Positions 1 through 11,367 of a stretch of 64,000 nt of DNA are shown in pieces. Origin of the DNA: Chloropicon primus (Eukaryota). Each line of letters starts with the position of its first letter. The stretch's first letter is position 1. The translations under genes and the position numbers were made by a program. Below the pieces are notes generated by a model. That model saw nothing but the letters and a program-made list of their open reading frames with translations. It did no database searches and was not told the origin of the DNA. The stretch covers positions 1,240,001 to 1,304,000 of the forward strand of contig CP060756.1 of assembly GCA_023205875.1 (NCBI GenBank). The letters run 5' to 3'.

Positions 1-366
1 CCGTTATCAGGACGTTACCCTTGTCAGTCATCCTCACAACTCACACACACCTTCACACCTTCACACCTCAAAAGTCTCTCCCGACGCCAAGAGCCTCCAG
101 AGCTTCTTCCGAGGAGCGGTACGCGTACACTCCCGCCAACTCGAGTGTAAAGTTTATCCGTTGAGGGGAAAAAAACCCGGAAAGGAACGAGGGCGAGGTT
201 TACAGACTTTTTGGTTCGAGTCGAGCTACCACGAGCGAAGGACGTGACGTGTTCTCTCTCGCTTTCGCTCGCTCTACGACGGGGTCGGACGAGAACGCTG
301 AGGTATCTACTGGGAAAAGTGGACGACGTCGCATTGGTGACATTGGTCCTGGTCGGTCGGTCGGGG

Positions 367-921
367 ATGATGAAACCCATGGAAGGTGTCGAGAAGAGTG
401 GGAAGAGGAGGAGGTTGGAGGAGAACTGTGAAGCGGAAGAGGAGGTGGGGACGAGCGAGGAGGAGACCCGCGAGTTTGAGGTTGACGTGCTCCCGGAGGA
501 GATACTCCTCCTTATAGTGAACCACCTCGACGGGAGGGACCTGGCCAGGCTGACCACGACTTGCAAGACGTGGGCCGAGGTCGTGAGCGAGGAGTCGCTC
601 TGGAGGGCTGTCGCGAACAAGCACCGCAGCTGGGAGGGCGCGATATCGAAGACTCGCTTGAACAGACCAAATCTTTCCTGGAAGCAGACCTATGTGAACC
701 TCTTCTGCCTGGAGAACGGCATGTGCAACCACTGCTTCAAGCGTTCCCCAATCACACACATCTGCAGGGAAAAGATCGAGGAGGAGCTCAGCAACCCGAT
801 CAACAACTTGCCCCTGTGTCGCTTCTTCCCGGGGCTGCACCAGCACTACAGCAGAATGCAACACGGGGACGAGAGAGCTGGGGGCGTCAGAGCCATCAAG
901 GTGGAGGGAGCCGCGTCGTAG
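367..921 (+). CDS. F-box domain protein
   Basis: First ATG at 367. F-box motif VDVLPEEILLLIVNHLDGRDLARLTTTCKTW..V..ESLWR, followed by the usual SWKQTY. TGTAA at 944 and 954. Confidence 0.8.
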   Translation: MMKPMEGVEKSGKRRRLEENCEAEEEVGTSEEETREFEVDVLPEEILLLIVNHLDGRDLARLTTTCKTWAEVVSEESLWRAVANKHRSWEGAISKTRLNRPNLSWKQTYVNLFCLENGMCNHCFKRSPITHICREKIEEELSNPINNLPLCRFFPGLHQHYSRMQHGDERAGGVRAIKVEGAAS

Positions 922-962
922 AGATCGGATTCGTTGTTTTAACTGTAACTGTATGTAACGTC

Positions 963-3900
963 TCAAAGTATTTTATTTCTCATGTCCTCTAGCTTCTTCA
1001 TGACTTCGCCAGGAGATCTGTCCAGCTCCTCAGCGATGCGAGACTGCAGCTCTTTCGAGATCTGAGAGTACTGCTCGCAAAAGCCTCCGTCGATCACGTT
1101 CCTGACCGGGTTGTATGAGGATCTGTAGCTGAGGTGGTCCCTGCCGCACAGAGGTTGGTTGTCCTGCCTCAGGTGCATCTCCAGGTGAGAGAAGAAGTCA
1201 ACGTCCTCCTTGGACGTCAGGGGCACGAGAGCCCCAATCTCGCCCAGGATTGTCATGTACAGCACGATCTCCTTCCCGCCGGGCTGCATGGTGGTCCTCT
1301 GAATTGCTGTCACCGTGTCGCCGAGATGGAAGCTGCACACCGATTCTAGCTTGTGGGGCGCAGAATGCAGAGCGGAGCTGCTGTTGTCCATCGCTCGGCC
1401 TCCCGTGGGATCGTCCTCAACCTCCTTTGAGACGTCCTTGGGGAGCCTGCAGACAAAGATGTTGCCGAACTTGTCCCCTCCAAGGACCGTGTTGTAGTCG
1501 AGGACCGCACTTGCCGTCATGTATCTTGGTATGGTGTCGTCCGCGTAAATATGAATGAGATTATCCTCCCACCTGTACCGACAAAAGTGGACGCTCTCCT
1601 GGGCGTCTCCACAGTAAATTCGGTCGCCCGCCGTGTCTATTGTCACGATGAAGTTGGGAAATTTTCGATTCTCCGACTTCTTCAGCAGCTGCTTCTTCCC
1701 GAGTTCGTACAGAGTAAGTGCGTTCCCCACGCCCACCAGCAGTCTGCCCTGGAAGGGCTTCATCGCCCGAACTATTCCCCTAACCGAAGTAGAGTGGAGG
1801 AGCTCGAGGCCTTTTTCCTTGTCCTTGAACGTGTACAGCCTAATCTCCCCCCCGCTACAGCCCCGGGGCTGGAGTTTTATGTCCAAGGCAGTGGCCACGG
1901 CCAGTATATCTGCTTCTTGCCCTTCGAAGCGCACCCAAGCCATGCAGGTGACGGCGTAGTTCCCTTCCAATTCCAGCTGGCTGGACACGGAGAGTGACGT
2001 AGCATCAATTACCTCGATGCAGGATGCCCACTGCTCTGGATTCCCTCGCACCGATCCGAACTGGACTTTCTCCTCGCTAGGTTCGTTTTCTCCGTCATCC
2101 TCCCCAGTGTCCATCGCATCCCCGTTCTCCTTGGGCGCCATGGCGGTCGTGAACTGGTTAGGAACCACTCCACAGTCAGCTTCTCCTACTGCTATTACTT
2201 TTTGCTCCTCGTTTACGGCCATCGTCCTCGGCGTGTACTTCAGCCCACAGGCAGAACTGTTAAAGACATCCCCGAGATGCTCTATAACAAGGATTCTCAA
2301 CGAGGTCTGAGCCACGCCAACAATCGCCTCTGGGCACTGCTCGGAGGAAAAATGGGTAGCGTGGGACAGGCCCTCGTAAGAAATTGGGGTCAGCGTGAAC
2401 CTACCCTCCTTTGTGTAGCCAACCCAAGGCCTGCTGCTCAGTGCCATCATCGATTCCTTTCCCATGATGCGCAAGCCCACCAGCTTTGGTGGCCGCGTTC
2501 CCAAGAACCTCGTTCTGGTGTCGGACAACTGACCTGTCACACTATCGATTTCTGTGCGCAGCAGAATTCCATTCGCGAGCCCAGCTTGCAGGTACAAAGA
2601 CTTCGTGTCCTCATCAAAATCACTTGTCGAGATATTGATGAAGAGCATCGATGATGGCACAGCTGCAACAGCCTGGACTGCGAGAGGGCTAAGGCAATCG
2701 TGCGGATCCAGGGAAAGGACGCGAATCGTGGCATCGTAGCCTCCGATGGCCAGGAACTTCGATCGCAGCTTTCCGGCAGGAATTGGCGCGATGCACACGG
2801 AAGAAATTTCCCCTGCCATGTCCTTCTTCTCAGACTCCAGAAGCTGACCAGTCTCGTCAAGTTCAAAGTAAACGAGCTCGTATCCCGTGAGGGCTGCGAC
2901 CACTTGCCTTTCGTTGCAAGATACTGATGTGATCTGCTTCCTGCCTGGACAGCGCCACTCGTTGACCCTTCCATCACCCAGAATGTGCCTCAACCCGGTT
3001 GGCACCACCTGCAGTATGCTGTCATCAGCCATCAGCTTCACGTCCAGAGTCGCGGAGGTTGTTTGGAATCCGCTGTCAGTGACCTCCTCGACGCTCTCTC
3101 CCACAGAAAGCACGAGAGAGGCGTTCTTGAAGGACACAAGAATGAAGGAATCAAACTCCTGAGACTTGTTCTCCTTGATAGTCCACACCCCGTTTGGTGA
3201 ACCGGGGAGAGGGGACACCGCCATTTCTGCCACGGTTTGCCCCGGTCTGAGAATCTTCATGGTGGACCACGGCCCTTTGCCTGTGAGGGTGTACATCTGC
3301 TTCGTCTCCTCCTCGAACAGGTTGGCCACCTTCATGTCGCAGACAGGGCTGAGGCTCTCGATCGCGTCGATGAGGAGCAAGTTCTTCAAGGGTCTGGGCG
3401 AAAACTCGACAGGCTGGAGACCATTCTCCGTCGCCATGGCTTGGGAAGCGGATGCCACCGCCTCATTCTCATCGTCCCCGATTCCGAGGAATTGGTGCAA
3501 GGCGTGGTCCCCACACTCGGAGCCAGCGAAGAGGAAACCGCTCTTCAAGACGCAGATCGAGGTGCAGACCGGGATGGTGTCGAAGTAACGAATCTTCAGG
3601 TCCTTCACGGTCTCCCTCTCGCAATCTAGAGTCACCTTGTAAATGTCACCGTACTCACTCTGCACCAGGAAGAAGAACATGGACTTCTGCTTGTGAGCCG
3701 CGTAGGAGACGAGGAGGACTCCTCTGCTCTGAGGCAAGTCCGCTCTCCTCGGGATGGGAGCCTTCACCTCCTTGTGGTTCTGATGCTTGTAAATCACGTA
3801 ATTCTCCGCACAGATGAGAACACCCCCCGGGCCCTCGCTTCCACCAGGGACCGCAATCAGCATGTTCGCCCCGTTGTCGCAGGGCTCCGACCACTTCCTC

Positions 3901-4812
3901 ACCACGTGGTTCAAGCCCAGATCGAGCTCGTAGTACGTCAGGTGCTTCCGGGCCTGCTTGGCCGCTTCCCCCGTGGGGTCCTGCTCCGCCTCCCCGTAGT
4001 CCATCTCGATGGCTCCGAAGATCGGGTTCTCAAAGCCGCAGTCCAAGCCGACAATAGAGAAAACAATGTTCCTGGACTTGTGCGCCTCAAGAGGCGAGGA
4101 TATCGTCAAGTTGGCCGCACTGTCTCTGTTCAGCACGTAGACCAGCTTCTGCTTCTCGAGCGCCCCGATCATGACGGCCCTTCCTTTTGGGTCGTAGGCC
4201 AGGTACTGGCCAGGGACGATCCTTCTGCAACCCGTTTTGCCGTAGGTCTCCTGGTGGACCTTCTTGAATCGCCTCGTCTTGCCATCGAAGGTGAGGATCA
4301 CGATCCTTCCGGAGTCCGACCCCACCACGATGTGGTCGCGGTTGCTCCCGGGAAGCCTGAAGGGGCACAGCGAACGTATTTTGCCGAACACTTCCGTGGA
4401 CGCAATGACCTGCAGCTTTCCGTTCGCATCCGGGCGAAGGAGCTCCAAGACCTGTTTTCGTCAAGCGGCGCGGAAGGGAAACGAAATCGGTGTGTGAGTC
4501 GCGCGCGTGTGGAGAGTGGGTGGGAAGGAACGGCGCTCTGCGTACTCACCTTCGTCCGCGACACGACAATCTCGTGGACCTTGGGCCCCGAGAAGCTTCC
4601 ATAGATAGCAGCCTGAGTACCGAACAGAGACACGACACGACAAAAGTTCAGTACACACCACGAGTAAGATCAAAGGAGTCCCTAACGCACGACAAGATTC
4701 CAACACAAGACACCACGCCACTGCATTGACTCGAGTCCCAAGAAGTTCGAAAGCACCCCTCACTCACCTGGACGTTCCCGCCCCTCTGCAGTGTCACGTT
4801 GTACAGATACAT
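963..4812 (-). CDS. SF3B3: Splicing factor 3B subunit 3 (SAP130/Rse1)
   Basis: Exons 4812-4768 (MYLYNVTLQRGGNVQ), 4612-4550 and 4451-963. GT-AG introns 4613-4767 and 4452-4549 join in frame. Conserved HQETYGKTGCRRIVPGQYLA, YELDLGLNHVVRK and RDHLSYRS. Confidence 0.97.
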
Positions 4813-5038
4813 CGCCTCCCGCCTTCCGCCTTCGCCGCCCGCCTGGTGACTCGCTCTTTCTCAATTCAGTCGTCACATGCTGCGACGAGGTGAGTTGCGG
4901 TGTTCTGCGAGGGGGAGGGATTGCACGAGAGGGGGGGTGGGGGTGGTACCCGCCTTGCACGATCGATTCATTCGATTCTTGGTCTCCTCGTCCGCTTTCG
5001 AAAGAGCCCTCGCTCGAAAGGAGCGACGCGCTGGTTAG

Positions 5039-5043
<5 letters not shown>

Positions 5044-5085
<42 letters not shown>
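5044..5085. repeat. (GA)21 microsatellite in the divergent SF3B3/IF3 intergenic region
   Basis: Read directly from the sequence. Confidence 0.95.
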
Positions 5086-5088
<3 letters not shown>

Positions 5089-5212
5089 ACTCTTCACGGT
5101 CCACAACTCGTTGTCGTAATCGGGGTCCAGGTTCGAGGGCTAGGGTGGTGGAAGGAGTTTGGATACGATACGGTACGATCGTGTGTTAGTCCGTGAATTT
5201 GTCGCATCTGCC

Positions 5213-6037
5213 ATGGCACTGCAGCGCTTGGGGTCGAGGAGGCTTTGCTCCCTCCTGTCCTCCACATCCAGGCTCGCGACGACGAGTGCAGAGGTTGGTG
5301 GTGGGGGCGTCCCAGGGGTTGCGAGGGATCCCGCGGGCCTGTGCGGGAGCTTGCCTGCCGTCCTCGGGGGTCGTGGAGTCTGCCTCGCCGCCGCCTGCAG
5401 CCAGGCGGTCGAGAGCCTCGTCGGCCCGTCGGCCTCCTCGCCACTGTGGAGGAGCGGGACTGCCCTGTCCATCTCGGCGAGGGAGTACCGCACGAGCAAG
5501 AGGAGCAGCAAGTACGAGCCGGACGAGGAGCAGCACCTCGTGGACGAGAAAATTCTGGAGTCGAACTTCGAGGAGGTCCGCGTGGTCTCTTCTGACGGCA
5601 CGCACGAGGTCCTCAGCGTCAAGCGAGCCCTCGCCAAGTCCAAGAGGAGCAACTTGAACCTGGTGGTCGTGGATCAGAGCGCCAGGCCGCCCGTCTGCCG
5701 CCTGATGGATTACAGCTACTTCAAGTTCAACCAGACGAAGAAGGACAAGGAGAGGAAAAAACCGGAGAACAAGCCAAAGAAGAGAAAGGAGGTGCTCGTG
5801 GGCACGAAAATCTCCTCGGGGCACTTTGAGATGAAGTACAACACAATCATTAGGTTTCTGGACAAGAAACACGCCGTCAAGATCACCGCAGTCGATGCTA
5901 GGGGCGACAACCTCAAGGAGACCTTCCTGCAGGAGCTCAAGGCAAAGATGGAGTCGGAGGGGTACAACATACCGCAGCCCGTGAGGGTTGACCAGGCGAG
6001 GAAAGCGTCCATCATCGTGCAGCCTAAGCGATCTTAG
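5213..6037 (+). CDS. infC: Organellar (probably mitochondrial) translation initiation factor IF-3
   Basis: IF3-N motif VRVV..DG..EVLS...AL......LNLVVVDQSARPPVCRLMDY. IF3-C motif KEV.....IS..HFEMK...IIRFL. Arg/Ser/Leu-rich presequence from ATG 5213. Confidence 0.85.
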   Translation: MALQRLGSRRLCSLLSSTSRLATTSAEVGGGGVPGVARDPAGLCGSLPAVLGGRGVCLAAACSQAVESLVGPSASSPLWRSGTALSISAREYRTSKRSSKYEPDEEQHLVDEKILESNFEEVRVVSSDGTHEVLSVKRALAKSKRSNLNLVVVDQSARPPVCRLMDYSYFKFNQTKKDKERKKPENKPKKRKEVLVGTKISSGHFEMKYNTIIRFLDKKHAVKITAVDARGDNLKETFLQELKAKMESEGYNIPQPVRVDQARKASIIVQPKRS

Positions 6038-6199
6038 CGTCACTGGGGTCGGGACGTTGTTGTTGTTGTTAATATTATTACGATTTACCATTGTTGGTTC
6101 TCTAGCTCACCCCCCCCCCACACACACAGACCACCTGTGGGACGACTTCTCCTCCTCCCCCTTTTGAGCGCTCAAAGGCTGATGTGCCATTGAAAATCT

Positions 6200-8011
6200 A
6201 TGCTGCTATTGCGCGCCGCCTGGACGCCAAGGAGGCTCGCTGCTGCGCAGTTGAACTCGGTCTGTCAACCCTCGGCGACGCGTGGGTTGTCATCTCCAGC
6301 GGGCCCGGTCCATTGGCTGAAGAACGCACTGACCAAGGCGCTGCGGTTGCCGCAGGAAGCGACGATACCTGGGCCGACGACGGCTGCTGAAGGCAGCATG
6401 AACGAAATCAGGGAAGGCAAGGCCAAGGTGCTCCTTGCAGACAAGAACGACGTGTTCTACAACAAGGCGCAGGTCGTGAACAGGGACATCTCGATTGCGG
6501 TGATCAAGACGTTCGCGAAGAAGAGGCAGGAGGAGCTCGAGAACAATGCGAAGCACATGCGGACGAGGGCGGCGAAGGGGAAGGGGAGGAAGGGGAAGGG
6601 GAAAGGCAGGAAGTCCGACGGCGTGAAGGTGGCTCCGGGGCTGGACATCCTGGAAGCGATGGCCGCCTCTGGGCTCAGGGCCTTGAGGTACGCCCTCGAA
6701 ATCCCCGAGATCAACAAGGTCTACGCGAACGATATCGACCAGAAAGCCGTGGATGCCATGAGAAAAAATATTGAGCACAACGGTGTGGAAGGAAAGGTCG
6801 AGCCCACCAAGGCTGACGCCAGGATTCTGATGCTCGAGAACCCCGACACGTACGACGTGATCGATCTCGATCCTTACGGGGCCCCGGTGACCCTGCTGGA
6901 TGGAGCAGTCCAGGCGATCTGTGACGGGGGCTTGCTTTGCGTTACGGCGACGGATATGGCCGTCCTCTGTGGCAACTCCAGCGAGGCCTGCTGGATGAAG
7001 TACGGGTCGTATCCGCTCAAGGGGAAGCACTGCCACGAGGGAGCGCTTAGAATCATGCTCCACACCCTGCAGAGCCATGCGGCGAGGTACAAGAAGTACA
7101 TCGTTCCCGTTCTCTCGCTGAGTGTCGACTTTTATGTAAGGGTGTTCGTGAGGGTCTTCACGTCAGCGAGCCTGACCAAGGAGGCAGCCACCAGAGTGTC
7201 GTACGCTTACCAGTGCAACGGGTGTCACGCCTTTTCCTTCCAGCCCGTGGGGAGGAAGGAAACGAACAAGAGGGGAGGGGTGAAGTTCTCACCTGGGTTG
7301 GGTCCTGTCGTCGGCACGGCGTGTGAGCACTGCGGCTCCCGTATGAAGATGGGCGGACCGTTTTGGACCGAGCCTATCCACGACAAGCAGTGGGTCAAGG
7401 AAATGCTGGGAATGATCAAGAAGGGCGGGAAGGAGGAATTCGCGATCTTCGACAAAGTGAGGGGCCTCATCACGGTCATCGACGAGGAGCTCCCGGACGT
7501 GCCCCTCTCCCTCTGCATGCACGATGTCACCAAAGTCTTGAAGTGCACGCCGCCTCCCTCGGCGGATGTGAGGTCGGCCATCGCGAACGCGGGGTACAGA
7601 GTGTCCTCTACGCACGACAACCCGACGGGAATCAAAACCGATGCGCCTTTCGAGGTCTTCTGGGACATCATGAGAACGTGGGTCAGGGACCACCCGAATC
7701 CGAACAAGCTGTCGGAGGGGACACCGGGAGGCAACATACTCGCAAAGCCTCTCAAGGTGGAGGCCAAGTTTTCCAGGGTGTACAGCGCTTTGAGCAAGGC
7801 CAAGATGTCCAAGACTCCGAGGTTCACCCCCAACCCCGAGGCGTTCTGGGGCCCAGGAACCCGCGCTTCCGCTGGAAAGAGGAAGCGCTTCATGAGTGCA
7901 CCCACAGAGGGTCTTGACAAGAACAACAAAAAGGATAGACGACTCGGCGCGGTCAGCGAGGCGGAGGCCAAGGGAGCGGAGAACGGGGATGACGCCAAGC
8001 CAGAAAACTAA
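6200..8011 (+). CDS. TRM1: tRNA (guanine26-N2)-dimethyltransferase Trm1
   Basis: Motifs VFYNKAQVVNRDISI, ILEAMAASGLRALRY, DVIDLDPYG, GGLLCVTATD and CxxC pairs. Second in-frame ATG at 6398. Confidence 0.95.
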   Translation: MLLLRAAWTPRRLAAAQLNSVCQPSATRGLSSPAGPVHWLKNALTKALRLPQEATIPGPTTAAEGSMNEIREGKAKVLLADKNDVFYNKAQVVNRDISIAVIKTFAKKRQEELENNAKHMRTRAAKGKGRKGKGKGRKSDGVKVAPGLDILEAMAASGLRALRYALEIPEINKVYANDIDQKAVDAMRKNIEHNGVEGKVEPTKADARILMLENPDTYDVIDLDPYGAPVTLLDGAVQAICDGGLLCVTATDMAVLCGNSSEACWMKYGSYPLKGKHCHEGALRIMLHTLQSHAARYKKYIVPVLSLSVDFYVRVFVRVFTSASLTKEAATRVSYAYQCNGCHAFSFQPVGRKETNKRGGVKFSPGLGPVVGTACEHCGSRMKMGGPFWTEPIHDKQWVKEMLGMIKKGGKEEFAIFDKVRGLITVIDEELPDVPLSLCMHDVTKVLKCTPPPSADVRSAIANAGYRVSSTHDNPTGIKTDAPFEVFWDIMRTWVRDHPNPNKLSEGTPGGNILAKPLKVEAKFSRVYSALSKAKMSKTPRFTPNPEAFWGPGTRASAGKRKRFMSAPTEGLDKNNKKDRRLGAVSEAEAKGAENGDDAKPEN

Positions 8012-8173
8012 ACAATGCAATAATGCGGGCGGGGAGGCCGCATCACCGCCCCTTCCATTCCTTCATGTATGTATCAATCATTTGTCCCCGCGGGCCATCC
8101 CCCTCGATCTCGAGATTTCCGAAGAGGGTTTAGAGCCAAACCGAGGTTGAGAGCGAAAGGGGAGCCAGCCACC

Positions 8174-9362
8174 ATGGCGAGCACGAAGGGTTTCTCGAGG
8201 GATAGGACGTTGACCTTCACGACTTTGCGGCAGAGGGAGCACGCGCACCGGCACACATTCGAGGAGAGGTGAGTGCCGAAAACCGCTCCGAAAGGCCTGG
8301 AAAAGAAGCCCAGAGAGCAGAGGGAGGCCAAGGGCAATGGAGGGGACGAGAGGACGGGTTCACTGACTGCGACTTTCTCTGCCTTTGTTGTTCGGCATTG
8401 CTCACAGGGACTCGGCTCTCCTCCTTGGTGCGGAGAATGGGGGGAACGCGTACTCGGACGGACTGTCTGGCGTCGACGCAGTGTCTGCCTCGGTCGCTCC
8501 CGCCTGGGTCGACACGCAGGAGGAGCTCACGACCGATATGGCCATCATCAAGCAGAAAATGGGCGAGCTCACTAGGTACGTGGTCCGATGTTACCCTCTC
8601 GTGATTCTGTCTCTTCTGTGCTCACCGCATTTTTTCTTCCTACTGACTCACACGCGTTTTGTCTGTTTGTTTGTTGTTGTTGTTTGTGCACGCCACAGGA
8701 TACACAAGACGGCTTTGAAGCCCACGTTCGATGACAGCGGCGACAGCGCTCAGCAGATGATCGAGGTGATGACCAGGGAGATAACGCAACACTTTAGGAA
8801 AGCAGAGAGAAAGCTGAAGAGCCTGAGCCAGTTCCAGTCGTCCCAGGACAACTCCAGACTGATCACAAATGTACAACAATCGATAGCTGCGGAGTTGCAG
8901 AAGCTCTCCCAGGAATTCAGGAAGCAGCAGAAGGGTTATCTGCAGAGGCTGAGGAAGCAGCAGGAGGTCACTGCCCTTTCGCCGACTTTTGGGGGGCCTT
9001 CCCTCCTGGACGACACCGGGGATTACGACGCCGGGTTTACGGAGAGCCAGATTCTCAAGTCTCGGGAGTCGGAGAACCTGGTGGCGGAGAGGGAGAAGGA
9101 CATTCAGGCCATTGTGAGGTCCGTCGAGGAGCTCGCGACGATCATGAGGGATCTGAGTGTCCTGGTCATCGACCAAGGATCGGTTGTGGATAGGATAGAC
9201 TACAACATGGAGCAAGTTGCCACGCACGTCGAGGAAGGCGTGAAGGAGCTGGTCAAGGCCGAGAAGCACCAGAAAAGCAGCAGGATGATGCTGTGCATCA
9301 TGTTCCTCTTCTGCGCCTGTATCCTAATGATCTTCGTGGTCATGTTCCAAAAGCTTCTCTAG
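8174..9362 (+). CDS. STX16: Syntaxin-16 / SYP4-type Qa-SNARE
   Basis: Exons 8174-8268, 8408-8575 and 8699-9362, with GT-AG introns 8269-8407 and 8576-8698. N-peptide RDRT..F, motif PAWVD, SNARE motif LVIDQGSVVDRIDYN and a C-terminal TM. Confidence 0.92.
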
Positions 9363-9479
9363 TCGCCGCCGTTATGTTCTTTGTAAATGTTTTTATATAT
9401 CACCAAAGAAAAAAAAAAAGGCAATTTATTCCCCCCAACAACCTTGCTCTTTGCTTGCGACACCCTCTCTTTGCTCGCG

Positions 9480-10805
9480 CTAATGTGCGAACTCTGTCTT
9501 CTTCTGGACCAGGTCATCCGCGAAGTCAGTCATGCCCGAAAGGAACTTTGCCCTCGTCTCCTCGTTCTCACTCAGGAGCACGTGGGACTTTCCTTCGAAC
9601 TCCAGAATGCGTTTGTCCGACGATTTGGATCCCTTGTAAAACTCCCTCGAGCACCGAACATCGACGCACTTGTCGTCCGTGCCATGCATCAACAGCAGAG
9701 GCTTGTCCATCGTCTCCAGCTTGTCGATGAACGCTCTCCTGTTTCTTTCTTTCAGGAGATTATCGGCGAATGTCATCGCCGTTAGAAACTTTGTGTCCCC
9801 GCAGTATTCCAGGGGATCGGCATCCACGGAAGCTTGGGCTGCCTTGTTGAGGGCCTCGTCCGAACTGAAGATGTTTCCCCTCGGCCCAGGCGTTGCTGGA
9901 AACTTTGGGAAGAGTCCTTTCAGCATCGGCATTGGCCACAACCTGATGAATTCTTCCAGAATCGGGTCGCCCGCATCATCGGCCACCATCAGAGCGGGGC
10001 AGACGGCAATGATGCCATCCAGCCTGTCCAGCGCAAGGCTGTCCATGAAGAACGGGGAGTAGAGCACGAGCATGCCCCCCATGGACTCCCCCTGCAGGAA
10101 CAGAGGCTTCCCCTGGTGCCTCCTCGCGATTTCTCCGAAGACGGACGCCAAGTTCTGGGCGATCGCTTCGAAGGACTCCACGACCGCCCAACTTCCGCAA
10201 GACCTCCCGTGACCTATCGCATCCGGGCAGTACACGATGTAACCCTCCTTTGCCATGTGCAGGGCGACCTTGAGCGTCCTGGGCGCTCCAGCGTGACAGT
10301 GCAGGCCGTGCTGGACGACTATTACTCCTTTCACGGAGTCCAGGTTCTTCGGCTTCACAACGTGGGCGTGGGTGGTGACGGCCCGCGCGGGGTCGCTCGC
10401 ATCCGTGAACGTCGTCGTCTCGAAGGTGAACGCGAACTCGTTGTCTGCCTTCATTTTCTCGGCCTCCACCTCCCTCTCGGGAGGGATGGCATGGCGGGAG
10501 TAATTCGCGGGCTTCGTGCTGAAGGGTTCCTCCGGCGCGTTTCTCCCGTACATCGCGGTCAGCAGTCCAAAGACAACGCCGACGAGGCCGCCTATCGGCA
10601 GAGAGAGGCCGAACGATAGCGCCATCAATATCACGGCGTGCCAGGCCTTGATGTCCCCCTCCTTGGCTAACACCCATATTCTCGCCGGGGCCGAGAAGAG
10701 TAGGGTGAACGCGCCTGCTGCACAGCTAAGAGGCGCGCACGCCAGGGCGAGGAGCGTCCTGCATAAAGTCACGACGACGCTCGGAATAGAACACGAGTTC
10801 CCCAT
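9480..10805 (-). CDS. Alpha/beta hydrolase, monoacylglycerol lipase/lysophospholipase family, with N-terminal hydrophobic segments
   Basis: QHG oxyanion motif, D..GHGRS, nucleophile GESMGG, LLMHGTDD and catalytic His in GKSH. The first ATG gives MGNSC, a myristoylation-like start. Confidence 0.88.
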   Translation of the reverse strand: MGNSCSIPSVVVTLCRTLLALACAPLSCAAGAFTLLFSAPARIWVLAKEGDIKAWHAVILMALSFGLSLPIGGLVGVVFGLLTAMYGRNAPEEPFSTKPANYSRHAIPPEREVEAEKMKADNEFAFTFETTTFTDASDPARAVTTHAHVVKPKNLDSVKGVIVVQHGLHCHAGAPRTLKVALHMAKEGYIVYCPDAIGHGRSCGSWAVVESFEAIAQNLASVFGEIARRHQGKPLFLQGESMGGMLVLYSPFFMDSLALDRLDGIIAVCPALMVADDAGDPILEEFIRLWPMPMLKGLFPKFPATPGPRGNIFSSDEALNKAAQASVDADPLEYCGDTKFLTAMTFADNLLKERNRRAFIDKLETMDKPLLLMHGTDDKCVDVRCSREFYKGSKSSDKRILEFEGKSHVLLSENEETRAKFLSGMTDFADDLVQKKTEFAH

Positions 10806-10965
10806 CGCCCCCGCCCCGCCCCGCCAAAAACAATGATATCTCCAGACGAGGCAGAACCGCGTGTCCCTTCCCCTGCCCTCGTCCTCGTCGTCGCGGTCCT
10901 CTCCCTCTCTTGAGGCGACCCTTTGCTTTTTCTCTTCTGGTGGATTTCTCCCTTCCGCTGAACCA

Positions 10966-11080
10966 TCATAACGGGCGAGCACGAGGGCGAACGAGGAGGG
11001 AGGGGAACGGAACGAGAGAGAGAAAGAAGAAGAGGACGGGAGAGCGCGGCGGAGGAAGAGGGAGGAGGAGGACAGGAAAG
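10966..11080 (+). repeat. Left copy of a ~110-bp imperfect direct repeat (right copy 12612-12721)
   Basis: TCATAACGGGCGAGCACGAGGGCGAACGAGGAG matches the right copy at 32/33 nt. A second block GAAGAGGACGGGAG...GAGGAGGACAGGAAAG also matches. Confidence 0.85.
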
Positions 11081-11367
11081 AAGGAAGCGTCGTCTCTTGT
11101 TCTTTCGAAAGAGCCGTCGCTGGAAAGAAGCGACCCAGTGGCGACGATTTGACAACGCGCGAGAGAAAAGAAACGAAAGGACGATCAAGGCGTAGATCAC
11201 CGAGGAAAGGAGGCTGCGACCAGGAGTTACGTTGGTGCGGGAGGTTTCACGAGTGATACGCGGACAGAACCAGCGTCTCGTGCTCTTTCGAAAGAGGCGT
11301 CGCTCGAAAGAAACGACCCAGTGGTGAGGATAATCTGAGGAGCACGGACACACACACGGACGTGAAG

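Noticed and set aside
6038..6199. Bicistronic IF3-TRM1 transcript
   Set aside because: The gap has an AT-rich TGTTAA terminator-like patch followed by promoter-like sequence, so there is no positive evidence.
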